Positions 8,988 to 19,040 of a stretch of 32,000 bases of DNA are shown piece by piece (within the stretch, counting starts at the first letter, position 1; the number at the start of each line of letters is the position of its first letter). The notes beneath the pieces were generated by a model, which saw only the letters and a list, made by a program, of their open reading frames with translations, made no database searches and was not told where the DNA came from. A program made the position numbers and the translations under genes. Source of the DNA: Nostoc sp. PCC 7120 = FACHB-418 (GTDB lineage Bacteria; Cyanobacteriota; Cyanobacteriia; Cyanobacteriales; Nostocaceae); assembly GCF_000009705.1 (NCBI RefSeq), contig NC_003272.1, positions 240,001 through 272,000 on the forward strand, in the 5' to 3' direction.

Positions 8988-10580
8988 TTAAACGTTTTTT
9001 GTTTGTTCTATGCGCTTAAAAATGGGTTGGGGTTGACCCAACTGCTGTTTATTAGATAGCAAACCCCATTGTGCATGAATCGCAAAAGGAGTAATATCAG
9101 TTTGTTCGTTAAAGTTGATCCCAAAGCCCAGTTGCTGATAGATATTGCTACTGATATTGGGAATCACGGGAGAAAGAAGATAGGCGGCTAGTCTCACAGA
9201 TTCTAAAACAGTGTACAGTACTGTTTCTACTTCCTGTTGTCGTTCTTGTTTATATAACGACCAAGGGGCTTGATCATCAATAAACTTATTACTGGCTTGC
9301 ACCAGTGAAAGCACGACCCCACAAGCTTGATTAAAAGCTAACACTTCGTAGGCTTGTTTGACCTTTGCTCCTAAATCTACACCCAATGCTTTCAATGTAT
9401 TTTCCGCAGGAATATCTTCATTGGTAATCGATAAAGCATAATTAGCGCAGTATTTTTTCACCATGTTCAGGGTGCGATTGAGCAAATTACCTAAGTCATT
9501 TGCCAAATCTGCATTTAGCACATGGATGAATCTAACTTCATTAAAGTCGCCATCTTTGCCAAATTCGATTTCCTTAAGGAAGTAATAACGAACTGCATCA
9601 CTACCATACTGCTGGACTAGTCCTACAGGATCTACGGTATTACCTAGACTTTTACCCATTTTTTGACCATCTTTGGTCAAAAAGCCGTGTCCAAAAACTC
9701 TATCTGGTAAAGGTAAGCCAGCAGATAAAAGCATCGCCGGCCAGTAAACAGCATGGAAACGTAAGATATCCTTACCAATCAGGTGCAAGTTAATCGGCCA
9801 CCATTTTCCTAAGGCATTTTCTAAGGTTGGTTCATCCTCTGGATCTAACAATGCTGTGACGTAAGCTAGCAAGGCATCGAACCAAACATATAAGGTATGC
9901 TTTGGATCATTGGGTACTGGAAAACCCCAATCTAGATTTACCCGCGAAATGGAAAAGTCTTGCAACCCTTGGCTAACAAAGTTGAGGACTTCATTACGAC
10001 GGCTTTCAGGCTGGATAAAATCTGGGTGAGACTGGTAAAACTCTTCTAATTGAGTTTGATATTTCGAGAGACGGAAAAAGTAGTTTTGTTCGTCTCTCCA
10101 CTCAACTTCTTTATTAACATGGATAGGGCAGCGATTTCCTTCTAATAATTCCCTTTCTTCTTTAAATTCCTCACAAGATACACAGTACCAGCCTTTTTGC
10201 TGTCCTTGGTAGATGTCGCCAGCCTCCCACACCCGTGCAAAAAATTCGTCTACAATGGCTTTGTGACGCACAGCCGTAGTTCGACTAAAGCGATCGTATT
10301 GAATATTCAACAACCGCCACAAACTCATAAAGCTGGGGACAATTTCGTCACAAAACTCTTGCGGGGCTTTTCCTAAACTCTCGGCTGAACGCTGAATTTT
10401 CTGCCCATGCTCATCTGTACCTGTTATCAGCAGCACATCACGCCCTAATAACTTCTGAAACCTCGCCACTGCGTCTGCGGCCATTGTTGTGTAGGCACTA
10501 CCAATGTGAGGAACATCGTTTACATAATACAGAGGTGTTGTCAGTGCAAATGTTTTTTCTGCTTTATTCACTAGATTCAT
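8988..10580 (-). CDS. metG: Methionyl-tRNA synthetase
   Basis: HIGH-type motif HIGSAYTT, KMSKS-type motif KMGKS, and the zinc knuckle CVSCEEF...CPIH. At 530 aa it lacks the C-terminal tRNA-binding appendix. Confidence 0.95.
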   Translation of the reverse strand: MNLVNKAEKTFALTTPLYYVNDVPHIGSAYTTMAADAVARFQKLLGRDVLLITGTDEHGQKIQRSAESLGKAPQEFCDEIVPSFMSLWRLLNIQYDRFSRTTAVRHKAIVDEFFARVWEAGDIYQGQQKGWYCVSCEEFKEERELLEGNRCPIHVNKEVEWRDEQNYFFRLSKYQTQLEEFYQSHPDFIQPESRRNEVLNFVSQGLQDFSISRVNLDWGFPVPNDPKHTLYVWFDALLAYVTALLDPEDEPTLENALGKWWPINLHLIGKDILRFHAVYWPAMLLSAGLPLPDRVFGHGFLTKDGQKMGKSLGNTVDPVGLVQQYGSDAVRYYFLKEIEFGKDGDFNEVRFIHVLNADLANDLGNLLNRTLNMVKKYCANYALSITNEDIPAENTLKALGVDLGAKVKQAYEVLAFNQACGVVLSLVQASNKFIDDQAPWSLYKQERQQEVETVLYTVLESVRLAAYLLSPVIPNISSNIYQQLGFGINFNEQTDITPFAIHAQWGLLSNKQQLGQPQPIFKRIEQTKNV

Positions 10581-10959
10581 GGAAAATAAAAAATTAACTT
10601 ATAAAAACGTTTTATATCTTAACTTCTATCAACAAATTCACGCAATTATACGATAATAGCTCCTTTTGCTGAAATAACACTTTAATATTAGCAAATTTAC
10701 CATCCAAAGTATTATTTTGTAATACCTATGAATCCAAATAATCCTAAACAAAAGACTGAAATCAACTATTAATAATTTTGGAGAATGCTTTCATTACATT
10801 TATGGTGATGAAGAACACAAATCTCCCAAACTAGAGAATTTTGCGGCTTTTGTGGATAAAACATTTCTACCTTAAGACGGTCAACGCAAGGGTGAAGAAA
10901 TGTAAAAATTAAATCAAGATAAACTGCGATATTTTCCCAAAAAAACACATTGATCAGGC

Positions 10960-11685
10960 ATGAGTGCAAATAACCCCCTAGATATTTCTCGGATATTCTT
11001 AACAACACTCTCTACTAAAATGTTCCGCTATTACGAGGATCGCATTCCCCAAGATGCTAGTTTGTTAATAGTGAGCAATCATCGCAGTTTTATGGATGCA
11101 CTAACTTTAATGGCGGCTTTATCGAATCCGATTCGTTTTGCTTGTCATCACTATATGGGACAAGTGCCAATATTGCGGGAGATTGTTACAGGACAATTGG
11201 GTTGCTTTCCTTTAGAAGAAAATCAACATCGTCAGCAAAGCTTTTTTGTGCAGTCACAAAAGCTACTACAAACAAAACAAATGGTGGGAGTATTTCCTGA
11301 AGGTGCTGATCCGATGGTGAAATATACTCCAGCCAATGAAGTAGGGGAATTTCGCCGGGGCTTTGCTCATCTAGCGTTACGTTCTCAAGTCAAGAACTTA
11401 GCAGTGTTACCAGTAGCGATCGCTTCCTTAGAAGAGAGTAACACTTCGGCTTTTCCCCTAAAATTATTAAGTTTGTTCGACCCTTCCGAACCATTATTCA
11501 ATCAATATGGTTGGCATCCCCTGGTAATCTATCATCGAGTGGCTGTCTTAGTCGGTCGTCCTTATTGGATTACAGCCCAACATCACAACCAATATCACGG
11601 TAAACAGGCGAAAAATGTTGTGGCTGAACTAACCACACATTGCCATGATGAAATCGCTACTTTACTCGCTCAAGGTTGTTATTAA
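10960..11685 (+). CDS. PlsC-family (lysophospholipid-type) acyltransferase, second copy in the window
   Basis: HX4D motif NHRSFMDA plus the FPEGA block. It is distinct from the plsC in the fab cluster. Confidence 0.8.
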   Translation: MSANNPLDISRIFLTTLSTKMFRYYEDRIPQDASLLIVSNHRSFMDALTLMAALSNPIRFACHHYMGQVPILREIVTGQLGCFPLEENQHRQQSFFVQSQKLLQTKQMVGVFPEGADPMVKYTPANEVGEFRRGFAHLALRSQVKNLAVLPVAIASLEESNTSAFPLKLLSLFDPSEPLFNQYGWHPLVIYHRVAVLVGRPYWITAQHHNQYHGKQAKNVVAELTTHCHDEIATLLAQGCY

Positions 11686-11714
11686 GTACAACTTACGCAG
11701 GAAAAGGAAAAAGC

Positions 11715-11746
11715 AAGGGTATAGGGGTTTAAGGGTATAGGGGTTT
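11715..11746. repeat. Exact tandem duplication of the 16-mer AAGGGTATAGGGGTTT
   Basis: Two identical adjacent copies (11715-11730, 11731-11746), related to the GGGTRTA repeat family. Confidence 0.85.
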
Positions 11747-12002
11747 AAGAATAATCAGCCAGTTCTTTAATTTACTAGTAAATAGGATCATAATCGATAT
11801 AGCAAATCTTTTTTTATGCCTAGATTAATCTCTAGGATCATCATTAATTAATCAAAGTATCTTCAAGGAAGATTTATACAGTACAAGCTATGATTTTAAC
11901 TGGACTATGAAGCTTCACCCTTGTATTGTCCTATTGATACAAAGTATGAGGTTGACATAGGGTAAAGTTTATAAAAACAGCAAATAGAATTTAAATTTTA
12001 CA

Positions 12003-12833
12003 ATGCCAGACGTTGAACTAAAGCCGTGTTTCCTAACTCCTAGACGAGTACGACCTGAGTATCCGTTGTTCGTCTATTTGCCAGGAATGGATGGAACTGG
12101 TCAATTGTTGCGATCGCAAACGGCGGGGTTAGAAATTGGCTTTGATGTCCGTTGTTTGGCGATCCCCCGCCAAGACCTCACTAGCTGGGATGTCCTCACC
12201 AATAATGTCCTAGACTTAATTCATGCAGAATTAGAAAAAAGTTCCCAAAGAGCAGTCTACTTGTGTGGTGAGTCTTTCGGGGGGTGTTTGGCGATGAAAG
12301 TAGCCACTAAATCGCCCCACTTATTTAAGCGTCTAATTCTGATTAATTCCGCCTCAGCTTTTAAACTCCGTCCTTGGTTGGATGGGCTGTCTCAAATGGT
12401 GCAATTAGTCCCTGAATGCCTTTATGATGCGGGCGCACTAGGTTTATTACCATTTTTGGCATCATTGCAGCGTATATCTCGGAATATTCGCCAAGAACTG
12501 CTAAAAACCATGCGTTATGTTCCACCAGAGACGGTGCTTTGGCGGTTATCTTTATTGCGAGAATTTGATATCAGTGATGAGAAATTGCGTTCTCTGACTC
12601 AAGCAACCTTATTAATTGCCGGTGGAAGCGATCGCCTGTTACCATCCGTTAGTGAAGCTGCGCGCCTAGCAAATATTATCTCTAACTCTCAGAAAGTCGT
12701 TCTACCTAATAGTGGACACGCCTGCTTATTAGAGGAAGATGTAAATCTCTATGAAATTCTCCAAGTTCATAACTTTCTAGAAATTAAAAGCCCCAAAATT
12801 TCTCATCTCAAAATTCCCCAACAAAAAATTTGA
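12003..12833 (+). CDS. Alpha/beta-fold hydrolase (esterase/lipase/thioesterase type)
   Basis: Nucleophile elbow GESFGG, oxyanion-region LPGMDGTG, and a C-terminal SGHACLLE (His). From memory it resembles the hydrolase domain of plant phytyl-ester-synthase-type proteins; this was not verified. Confidence 0.8.
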   Translation: MPDVELKPCFLTPRRVRPEYPLFVYLPGMDGTGQLLRSQTAGLEIGFDVRCLAIPRQDLTSWDVLTNNVLDLIHAELEKSSQRAVYLCGESFGGCLAMKVATKSPHLFKRLILINSASAFKLRPWLDGLSQMVQLVPECLYDAGALGLLPFLASLQRISRNIRQELLKTMRYVPPETVLWRLSLLREFDISDEKLRSLTQATLLIAGGSDRLLPSVSEAARLANIISNSQKVVLPNSGHACLLEEDVNLYEILQVHNFLEIKSPKISHLKIPQQKI

Positions 12834-12978
12834 TATGTATAATGTTTTTTCTCTGTGTCTCCGTGGTGGAAATATTAAACCCTAGAGATACAGAGAATTG
12901 TCCTGGTTGATAGATGTCAAGGCTTGCAATTATCGACTAAAACCAAAACAGAGGGTCTGATAAGGATGATGACAAGCA

Positions 12979-14037
12979 ATGCCAGACAAACCACCCGCAA
13001 ACATAGAAAAAAATACTAAACCATCTGTAATAGATGCTGTTGCTCAAATTGGGAAAGCAACGGTTAAGCAGACACAAAATTTATTTGAGCAAGGTACTCA
13101 AATAACGGGTAACGTCATCAACCATATTAGTGAGAATTGGTTGATTAGAAGAATTTCAGGATTTTTGAATCTTAATTGGCTAATTGGGGCAAGTGACAAC
13201 GTAGACATAGAAAAAGTTGCTACCTCAGTTAACAAACTCAAACAAAAGTATCCCCAGGAATCACCAAGCCAAATTGCCCACCGCATCATGATGGACAAAG
13301 CAGCTAAATCTGGTGGAGTAGGTCTAGCGAGTAGCATTTTACCTGGAGTAGCCGCCGCCTTATTTGCAGTGGATTTAGCTGCAACAATGAAATTGCAGAC
13401 AGAAATGCTTTATCAGATTGCTGCTGCTTACGGACTTGATTTGAAAGATCCTGCTCGAAAAGGGGAGCTTTTGACAATTTTTGGTTTAGGACTGGGTGGA
13501 AATCGCCTCCTGAAAGCAGCCGGATTAGCCCTACTACGTAATATACCCTTTGCTGGTGCGGCGATCGCTGCCAGTTCCAATGCCACACTCAGCTATTCTT
13601 TAGGATATGCAGCTTGTCGATTTTACGAAGCCAAGTTAGACGCTGCAACATCCATCAATTCTCCAGAAACATTGTCAAACTTAAAAGCCGAGAGCGAGAA
13701 ATATTTAGAAAAAGCGATCGCTCAAGAAGCCATCATGGATCAGATATTAGTTCACATGATCCTCGCCAGCCATCCAGAGAAAACTTGGGAAGAAATCTTA
13801 CCAGACTTGCAAGTTGCCAACCTCAGCCCCACATCCTTAGCAGCCATCAAGCAAAATATCAAATCACCCCAACCATTCGAGCAACTGCTGAACCAGTTAA
13901 ATCGTGATTTTGCCGTCCCCTTACTAGCTCGTTGTCGCAAAATTGCCGAACTAGACCATCAGAGTGAACCAAGAGAGCTAGAAATAATCAATGCGATCGC
14001 CAAGAAATTTGATATTAGTCACGAATTAGGGGTGTAA
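12979..14037 (+). CDS. Conserved hypothetical protein (central Gly/Ala-rich EcsC-like segment; name tentative)
   Basis: A long ORF whose overlapping antisense ORFs I do not call. The central GGVGLASSILPGVAAALFAVDLAATMKLQTEMLYQIAAAYGLDL pattern resembles the EcsC family. The C-terminus (ELEIINAIAKKFDIS) is reminiscent of TerB-like tails. Confidence 0.5.
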   Translation: MPDKPPANIEKNTKPSVIDAVAQIGKATVKQTQNLFEQGTQITGNVINHISENWLIRRISGFLNLNWLIGASDNVDIEKVATSVNKLKQKYPQESPSQIAHRIMMDKAAKSGGVGLASSILPGVAAALFAVDLAATMKLQTEMLYQIAAAYGLDLKDPARKGELLTIFGLGLGGNRLLKAAGLALLRNIPFAGAAIAASSNATLSYSLGYAACRFYEAKLDAATSINSPETLSNLKAESEKYLEKAIAQEAIMDQILVHMILASHPEKTWEEILPDLQVANLSPTSLAAIKQNIKSPQPFEQLLNQLNRDFAVPLLARCRKIAELDHQSEPRELEIINAIAKKFDISHELGV

Positions 14038-14152
14038 GGGTGTAGGGAATCCCATCAATAGTAATTAATTCTTCCCCTTGATCCTTGTTTTTCTGATTCC
14101 TTATCTCTTCCTAATCCCCATTACCCCTTATCCCCAGAGGGGGCCCCACCTT

Positions 14153-14180
14153 CCCCAGTCCCCAGTCCCCAATCCCCCCT
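14153..14180. repeat. STRR1-type heptamer repeat (CCCCAGT)x2 plus degenerate units
   Basis: ccccagt ccccagt ccccaat cccccct, read directly upstream of pepA. Confidence 0.8.
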
Positions 14181-14247
14181 ATCCTGAAACAAAAATTTTG
14201 AGCAATACTGGTACAGGAAAGCATATATACATAGACAAGACCCCAAC

Positions 14248-15723
14248 ATGGCAATTCAACTGAGTGATAAGCCTCTGCTAGAATGGGCAGGCGATACTTT
14301 GGCGATCGCATTATTTGAAGATGCAGTCGAGTTAACTGGTGAACTAGGAAGTTTAGATGAAAAGTTTGCCGGCATCTTAAAAGAGCTAATTACTGAAGAA
14401 GAGTTTACAGGCAAAGCCAACAGCACGGTTTTTACTCGTGTGAGTTCTAATATCCCAGTACGGAAAATAATTTTGGTGGGTTTAGGCAAAACTGAAGCCT
14501 TCAAAATAGAAACCTTAAGACGTGCGGCGGCGGCTGTAGGTAAAGTAGGCAAAAAACAAAAAAGCAAAGTTATCGGACTGAGTTTTCCTTTGTGGAATAA
14601 TGACCCTACGGCCTCAGCTCAAGCAATTGCTGAAGGCTTGCAGTTAGCACTCTATCAAGATAATCGCTTTAAATCAGACCCAGAAGACAAAGGTTCTCAA
14701 GTCGAAACAGTAGAATTACTTGGTTTTGCCGGACAAGAAGCGGCAATTAACCGAGCAAATCAAATCGTTTCTGGGGTAATCTTGGCTCGCCAGTTGGTAG
14801 CAGCACCAGCAAATAGTGTCACACCAATTACAATGGCAGAAACGGCTCAACAGATTGCCCAAGATTATGGTTTACAAATAGAAATTTTAGAGCAGGAAGA
14901 TTGCGAAAAACTAGGCATGGGTGCATTTTTAGGAGTTGCCCTCGCCTCAGATTTACCACCTAAATTTATTCACTTAACTTACAAACCAGAAGGCACACCC
15001 AAGCGCAAACTAGCAATTGTGGGTAAAGGTCTAACCTTCGATTCCGGTGGACTCAACATTAAAGGCGCTGGTAGTGGTATCGAAACCATGAAAATTGATA
15101 TGGGAGGTGCAGCAGCTACCTTAGGCGCAGCCAAAGCCATTGCCCAAATCAAACCAAATGTAGAAGTTCACTTCATCTCAGCCGTGACCGAAAACATGAT
15201 TAGCGGTAAGGCTATGCACCCAGGAGACATCCTGACTGCATCCAATGGCAAAACCATCGAAGTAAACAACACCGATGCCGAAGGGCGTTTAACCCTAGCA
15301 GATGCCCTAGTCTATACCGATAAATTGGGATTAGATGCGATCGTAGATCTAGCAACCCTCACCGGTGCCAATGTCATTGCTTTAGGTGATGACATTGCTG
15401 GTTTGTATACTCCCGATGATGCCTTAGCAGGGCAACTAGAGCAAGCCGCTAGTGAATCAGGGGAAAAGATTTGGCGGATGCCATTAGAAGAAAAATATTT
15501 TGAAGGACTAAAATCTGGCATTGCCGACATGAAAAACACCGGGCCTCGTCCTGGTGGTTCCATCACTGCTGCTTTGTTTCTCAAGCAGTTTGTCAAAGAT
15601 ACCGCGTGGGCGCACTTAGATATTGCCGGGCCAGTTTGGGCGGACAAAGAAAACGGCTACAACGGCCCAGGTGCTACTGGTTATGGTGTCAGGCTGTTAG
15701 TAGATTGGGTATTGAGTGAGTAG
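14248..15723 (+). CDS. pepA: Leucyl aminopeptidase (peptidase M17)
   Basis: M17 signature [19 protein letters not shown], and metal-ligand context MKIDMGGAA. Confidence 0.95.
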
Positions 15724-15828
15724 GGGGGGTAGGGGTATAGGGGTGTAGGGGTATAGGGGAAGGAATAATAAATTTCTTTTCCCTCACACCCTTACACCCT
15801 TACACCCTCACACCCTCATACACAATGT
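15724..15828. repeat. Long imperfect hairpin of GGGGTAT/AGGGGTG heptamers facing CACCCTT/ACACCCT heptamers
   Basis: It starts right after the pepA stop. A purine-rich arm, then the loop aataataaatttc, then a complementary pyrimidine-rich arm. It may act as a terminator or stabiliser. Confidence 0.75.
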
Positions 15829-15953
15829 GCTATCTTGGGCTTGCCGCTAAAACTTGTTGCAATTGTCACAAGAGAGATGCGGTGGTGAGAAAGTTAAGAT
15901 TTTTCAGCCAAGCCATCTGGTAAAATTTGTAAGGTTTCTAGAAGCTTTGAGCA

Positions 15954-16979
15954 ATGGGATCGACTTGCGTACGGATAGCAATTGACGCAATGGGAGGGGA
16001 TCACGCACCCAATGAAATCGTAGCTGGCGCTGTGCGAGCAAGCGAAGAATTGGGTGTGAAAGTACTGTTGGTAGGTGATCCCCAACAAATTGCATCTGCC
16101 TTGCCACCAAAAACTAATTTGGAGAGGGTGGAGATCGTTCCTGCTGAGGAAGCGATCGCAATGGATGAGGAGCCTTTGAACGCGGTAAGACGCAAGCGCA
16201 AGGCTTCTATTAATGTGGCGATGGATTTAGTCAAGCGAGAGCAGGCGGATGCCATATTTTCGGCTGGCCATTCTGGTGCAGCTATGGCATCAGCTTTACT
16301 ACGCTTGGGACGATTACCTGGAGTTGACCGCCCGGCGATTGGTACAGTGTTTCCCACAATCAAAGCTGGCAAACCTGTATTGATATTAGATGTGGGAGCC
16401 AATGTAGACTGCCGCCCTAAGTTTTTAGAGCAGTTTGCTGTGATTGGGTCAATTTACAGCCAGTATGTCTTAGGGACAGGGGAACCCAAGGTGGGTTTGT
16501 TGAATATTGGCGAGGAAGATACCAAAGGCAATGAATTAGCCTTACGTACTCACCAACTATTAAAGGACAATTCCAATATCAATTTTATTGGGAATGCCGA
16601 AGGGAGAGATGTACTTTCCGGCGAATTTGACGTGATTGTGTGTGATGGCTTTGTCGGCAATATTTTACTCAAATTTGCGGAGGCGATCGGCGGTGTAATT
16701 CTGCAAATCCTCCGGGAAGAATTGCCCCAAGGTTTACACGGTCAAATCGGTACAGCCATCTTAAAACCCAACCTGAAGCGCATTAAGCAGCGCATGGATC
16801 ACGCAGAACACGGTGGTGCTTTGCTGTTAGGGGTATCAGGTGTTTGTCTAATCGGTCACGGTAGCTCTCAAGCTCCTTCAGTATTTAATGCCATTCGCAT
16901 GGCCAAAGAAGCTGTAGATAATCAAGTGATGCAACAACTGCAATCCCAGTATGAAATTCTACACAGCACCAGCGATTAG
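15954..16979 (+). CDS. plsX: Phosphate:acyl-ACP acyltransferase
   Basis: N-terminal IAIDAMGGDHAP and DGFVGNILLK blocks typical of PlsX. Followed by fabH and fabD. Confidence 0.95.
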   Translation: MGSTCVRIAIDAMGGDHAPNEIVAGAVRASEELGVKVLLVGDPQQIASALPPKTNLERVEIVPAEEAIAMDEEPLNAVRRKRKASINVAMDLVKREQADAIFSAGHSGAAMASALLRLGRLPGVDRPAIGTVFPTIKAGKPVLILDVGANVDCRPKFLEQFAVIGSIYSQYVLGTGEPKVGLLNIGEEDTKGNELALRTHQLLKDNSNINFIGNAEGRDVLSGEFDVIVCDGFVGNILLKFAEAIGGVILQILREELPQGLHGQIGTAILKPNLKRIKQRMDHAEHGGALLLGVSGVCLIGHGSSQAPSVFNAIRMAKEAVDNQVMQQLQSQYEILHSTSD

Positions 16980-16997
16980 CATTAGTTCTGCGGGTTA

Positions 16998-17046
16998 TTA
17001 GTCAAAAGTAAATGACTAATGACTAATGACTAATGACTAATGACTA
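16998..17046. repeat. Heptamer tandem repeat (ATGACTA)x5 with an upstream complementary ATTAGTCA
   Basis: Five exact copies at 17012-17046. ATTAGTCA (16998-17005) can pair with TGACTAAT (17013-17020). It lies in the plsX-fabH spacer. Confidence 0.85.
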
Positions 17047-17072
17047 ATAACTGATAGCTTGGGAGACTAGGA

Positions 17073-18065
17073 GTGCAAAACTTAGGCATCGCAATTACCG
17101 GGAGTGGTTCAGCAGTACCTGAAACTTCCCTTCACAACGAAGAATTAAGCCAACTGGTAGAGACATCAGACGAGTGGATCAGCACCAGAACCGGAATCCG
17201 CCAACGGCGTTTAGCCCTACCGACTGAATCATTAAGCAGTCTGGCGGCGGCGGCTAGTAGACAGGCGATCGCCTCGGCTGGCATTACAGCATCTGATATA
17301 GATTTGATTTTACTGGCAACTTCCACACCTGATGATTTGTTTGGTACTGCTACTAAAATCCAGGCTGAATTGGGAGCTAATAAAGCCGTAGCCTTTGATT
17401 TAACCGCCGCCTGTTCCGGCTTTGTCTTCGGTCTAGTCACAGCAGCTCAATTTATCAGAACTGGCGTATATCAGAATGTACTGTTGATCGGGGCTGATAT
17501 TCTCTCCCGTTGGGTAGATTGGCAAGACAGACGTACTTGCGTGTTGTTTGGTGATGGTGCTGGGGCAGTTGTCTTGCAGGCGAACTCAAGCGATCGCTTA
17601 TTGGGATTTGCCCTCAAAAGTGATGGGACACAAAACCATTATCTCAACCTAGCTTATCAAGGCACTGCCAAAGAAATTCTCCCCAATGTCAAGATTACTC
17701 AAGGCACATATCAACCCGTAACCATGAACGGCAAAGAAGTTTACCGCTTTGCCGCTCAAAAAGTCCCAGAAATCATTGATAAAGCTCTATTTGAGGCTCA
17801 ACTAACTGTTGACCAAATCGATTGGCTACTACTACATCAAGCAAATCAACGCATTCTTGATACTGTAGCTCAACGCCTAAATATTCCTGCACACAAAGTA
17901 ATTAGTAATCTCGCTAATTACGGCAATACCTCCGCCGCTTCCATCCCCCTAGCCCTAGATGAAGCCGTGCGAGAAGGTAAAATAAAACCAAACGATATCA
18001 TTGCTACATCCGGCTTTGGAGCGGGTCTAACATGGGGTGCAGCAATTTTCCAATGGGGAAGATAA
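17073..18065 (+). CDS. fabH: 3-oxoacyl-ACP synthase III
   Basis: Cys-His-Asn triad context AACSGF, LHQANQRI, YGNTSAASIP. GTG start with GGAG-type SD upstream. Confidence 0.95.
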   Translation: MQNLGIAITGSGSAVPETSLHNEELSQLVETSDEWISTRTGIRQRRLALPTESLSSLAAAASRQAIASAGITASDIDLILLATSTPDDLFGTATKIQAELGANKAVAFDLTAACSGFVFGLVTAAQFIRTGVYQNVLLIGADILSRWVDWQDRRTCVLFGDGAGAVVLQANSSDRLLGFALKSDGTQNHYLNLAYQGTAKEILPNVKITQGTYQPVTMNGKEVYRFAAQKVPEIIDKALFEAQLTVDQIDWLLLHQANQRILDTVAQRLNIPAHKVISNLANYGNTSAASIPLALDEAVREGKIKPNDIIATSGFGAGLTWGAAIFQWGR

Positions 18066-18071
18066 TCAATT

Positions 18072-18140
18072 AAAAATTCAAAATGCAAAATTCAAAAATT
18101 GGATTGTTCATTTTGAATTTTTAATTTTGAATTTTGAATT
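18072..18140. repeat. AT-rich heptamer repeat hairpin (AAAATTC units facing ATTTTGA units)
   Basis: aaaaattcaaaatgcaaaattcaaaaatt ... attttgaatttttaattttgaattttgaatt, with complementary halves. It lies in the fabH-fabD spacer. Confidence 0.75.
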
Positions 18141-18159
18141 AGAGCGAAGCGACTGACAA

Positions 18160-19038
18160 ATGACAAAAACCGCATGGGTGTTCCCCGGACAAGGTTCTCA
18201 AGCACTGGGGATGGGAACAGACTTACTAGATATACCAACTGCCAAAGAAAAATTTGCTCAAGCTGAAGCAATCTTAGGCTGGTCTGTAAGCGAAATCTGC
18301 CAAAACGAAGAAAAATTATCACAGACACTCTACACCCAACCCAGTCTTTATGTAGTAGAGAGTATCCTTGCAGACCTGACAAAAGAACGGGGACACCAGC
18401 CAGATTTAGTTGCTGGTCATAGTTTAGGAGAATACATCGCCCTTTACGTTGCCGGCGTTTTTGAGTGGTCAGCTGGTTTAAAACTAGTCAAGCGACGAGC
18501 TGAACTCATGGATAGCGCCGCAGGCGGCATGATGGCGGCTATGATGAATTTTGACCGCGAACAGTTGGAAACAGTAATTTCCCAGACTCCTGATGTGGTG
18601 CTAGCAAACGATAATAGTCCGGCGCAAGTTGTTATATCCGGTACTCCAGAAGCTGTGCAGACAGTTATGTCTCAAGTCAAAGCCAAGCGTGCTGTCCCGT
18701 TGAAAGTTTCGGGAGCATTTCATTCACACCTCATGAATACGGCTGCTGTAGAGTTCCAAGAAATTCTGGAAACTGTAGAATTTCAACAGGCTAGTGTACC
18801 CGTATTATCAAACGTCGAGCCAGCGCCGGCTGTTGATGCCGCTATTTTAAAACAACGCCTTAGCCAACAGATGACTGGTTCAGTGCGCTGGCGAGAAATT
18901 TCTTTAACATTACCAGCCAACGGCATTGAGAAAGTCGTGGAAATCGGCCCTGGTAATGTACTAACAGGTTTGATTAAACGCACTACTGCTGATTTAATTT
19001 TAAAAAACATCCGCAACGCTGCGGAATTACCAAATTAG
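18160..19038 (+). CDS. fabD: Malonyl-CoA:ACP transacylase
   Basis: Active-site GHSLGEY and the SGAFHS block. Confidence 0.95.
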   Translation: MTKTAWVFPGQGSQALGMGTDLLDIPTAKEKFAQAEAILGWSVSEICQNEEKLSQTLYTQPSLYVVESILADLTKERGHQPDLVAGHSLGEYIALYVAGVFEWSAGLKLVKRRAELMDSAAGGMMAAMMNFDREQLETVISQTPDVVLANDNSPAQVVISGTPEAVQTVMSQVKAKRAVPLKVSGAFHSHLMNTAAVEFQEILETVEFQQASVPVLSNVEPAPAVDAAILKQRLSQQMTGSVRWREISLTLPANGIEKVVEIGPGNVLTGLIKRTTADLILKNIRNAAELPN

Positions 19039-19040
19039 CG

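Noticed and set aside
10769-11008. 79-aa minus-strand ORF in the metG/acyltransferase divergent region
   Set aside because: It overlaps the start of the 10960 gene, lies in an AT-rich promoter region, and has no motif.
13098-13940. Four overlapping ORFs (13098-13337 minus, 13304-13588 minus, 13614-13907 plus, 13752-13940 minus) inside or antisense to the 12979-14037 gene
   Set aside because: All are contained within a longer ORF with coherent protein-like composition. Their translations are low-complexity with no motifs.
14078-14311. 61- and 66-aa ORFs upstream of pepA
   Set aside because: They are composed largely of STRR heptamer repeats (CCCCAGT and related), giving Pro-rich nonsense peptides. 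This is typical repeat-derived ORF noise.
887-18140. Tandem short repeats considered as possible CRISPR arrays
   Set aside because: The units are 7 nt with no unique spacers, the arrays are under 100 bp, and no cas genes are present. They are STRR-type repeats, not CRISPR.
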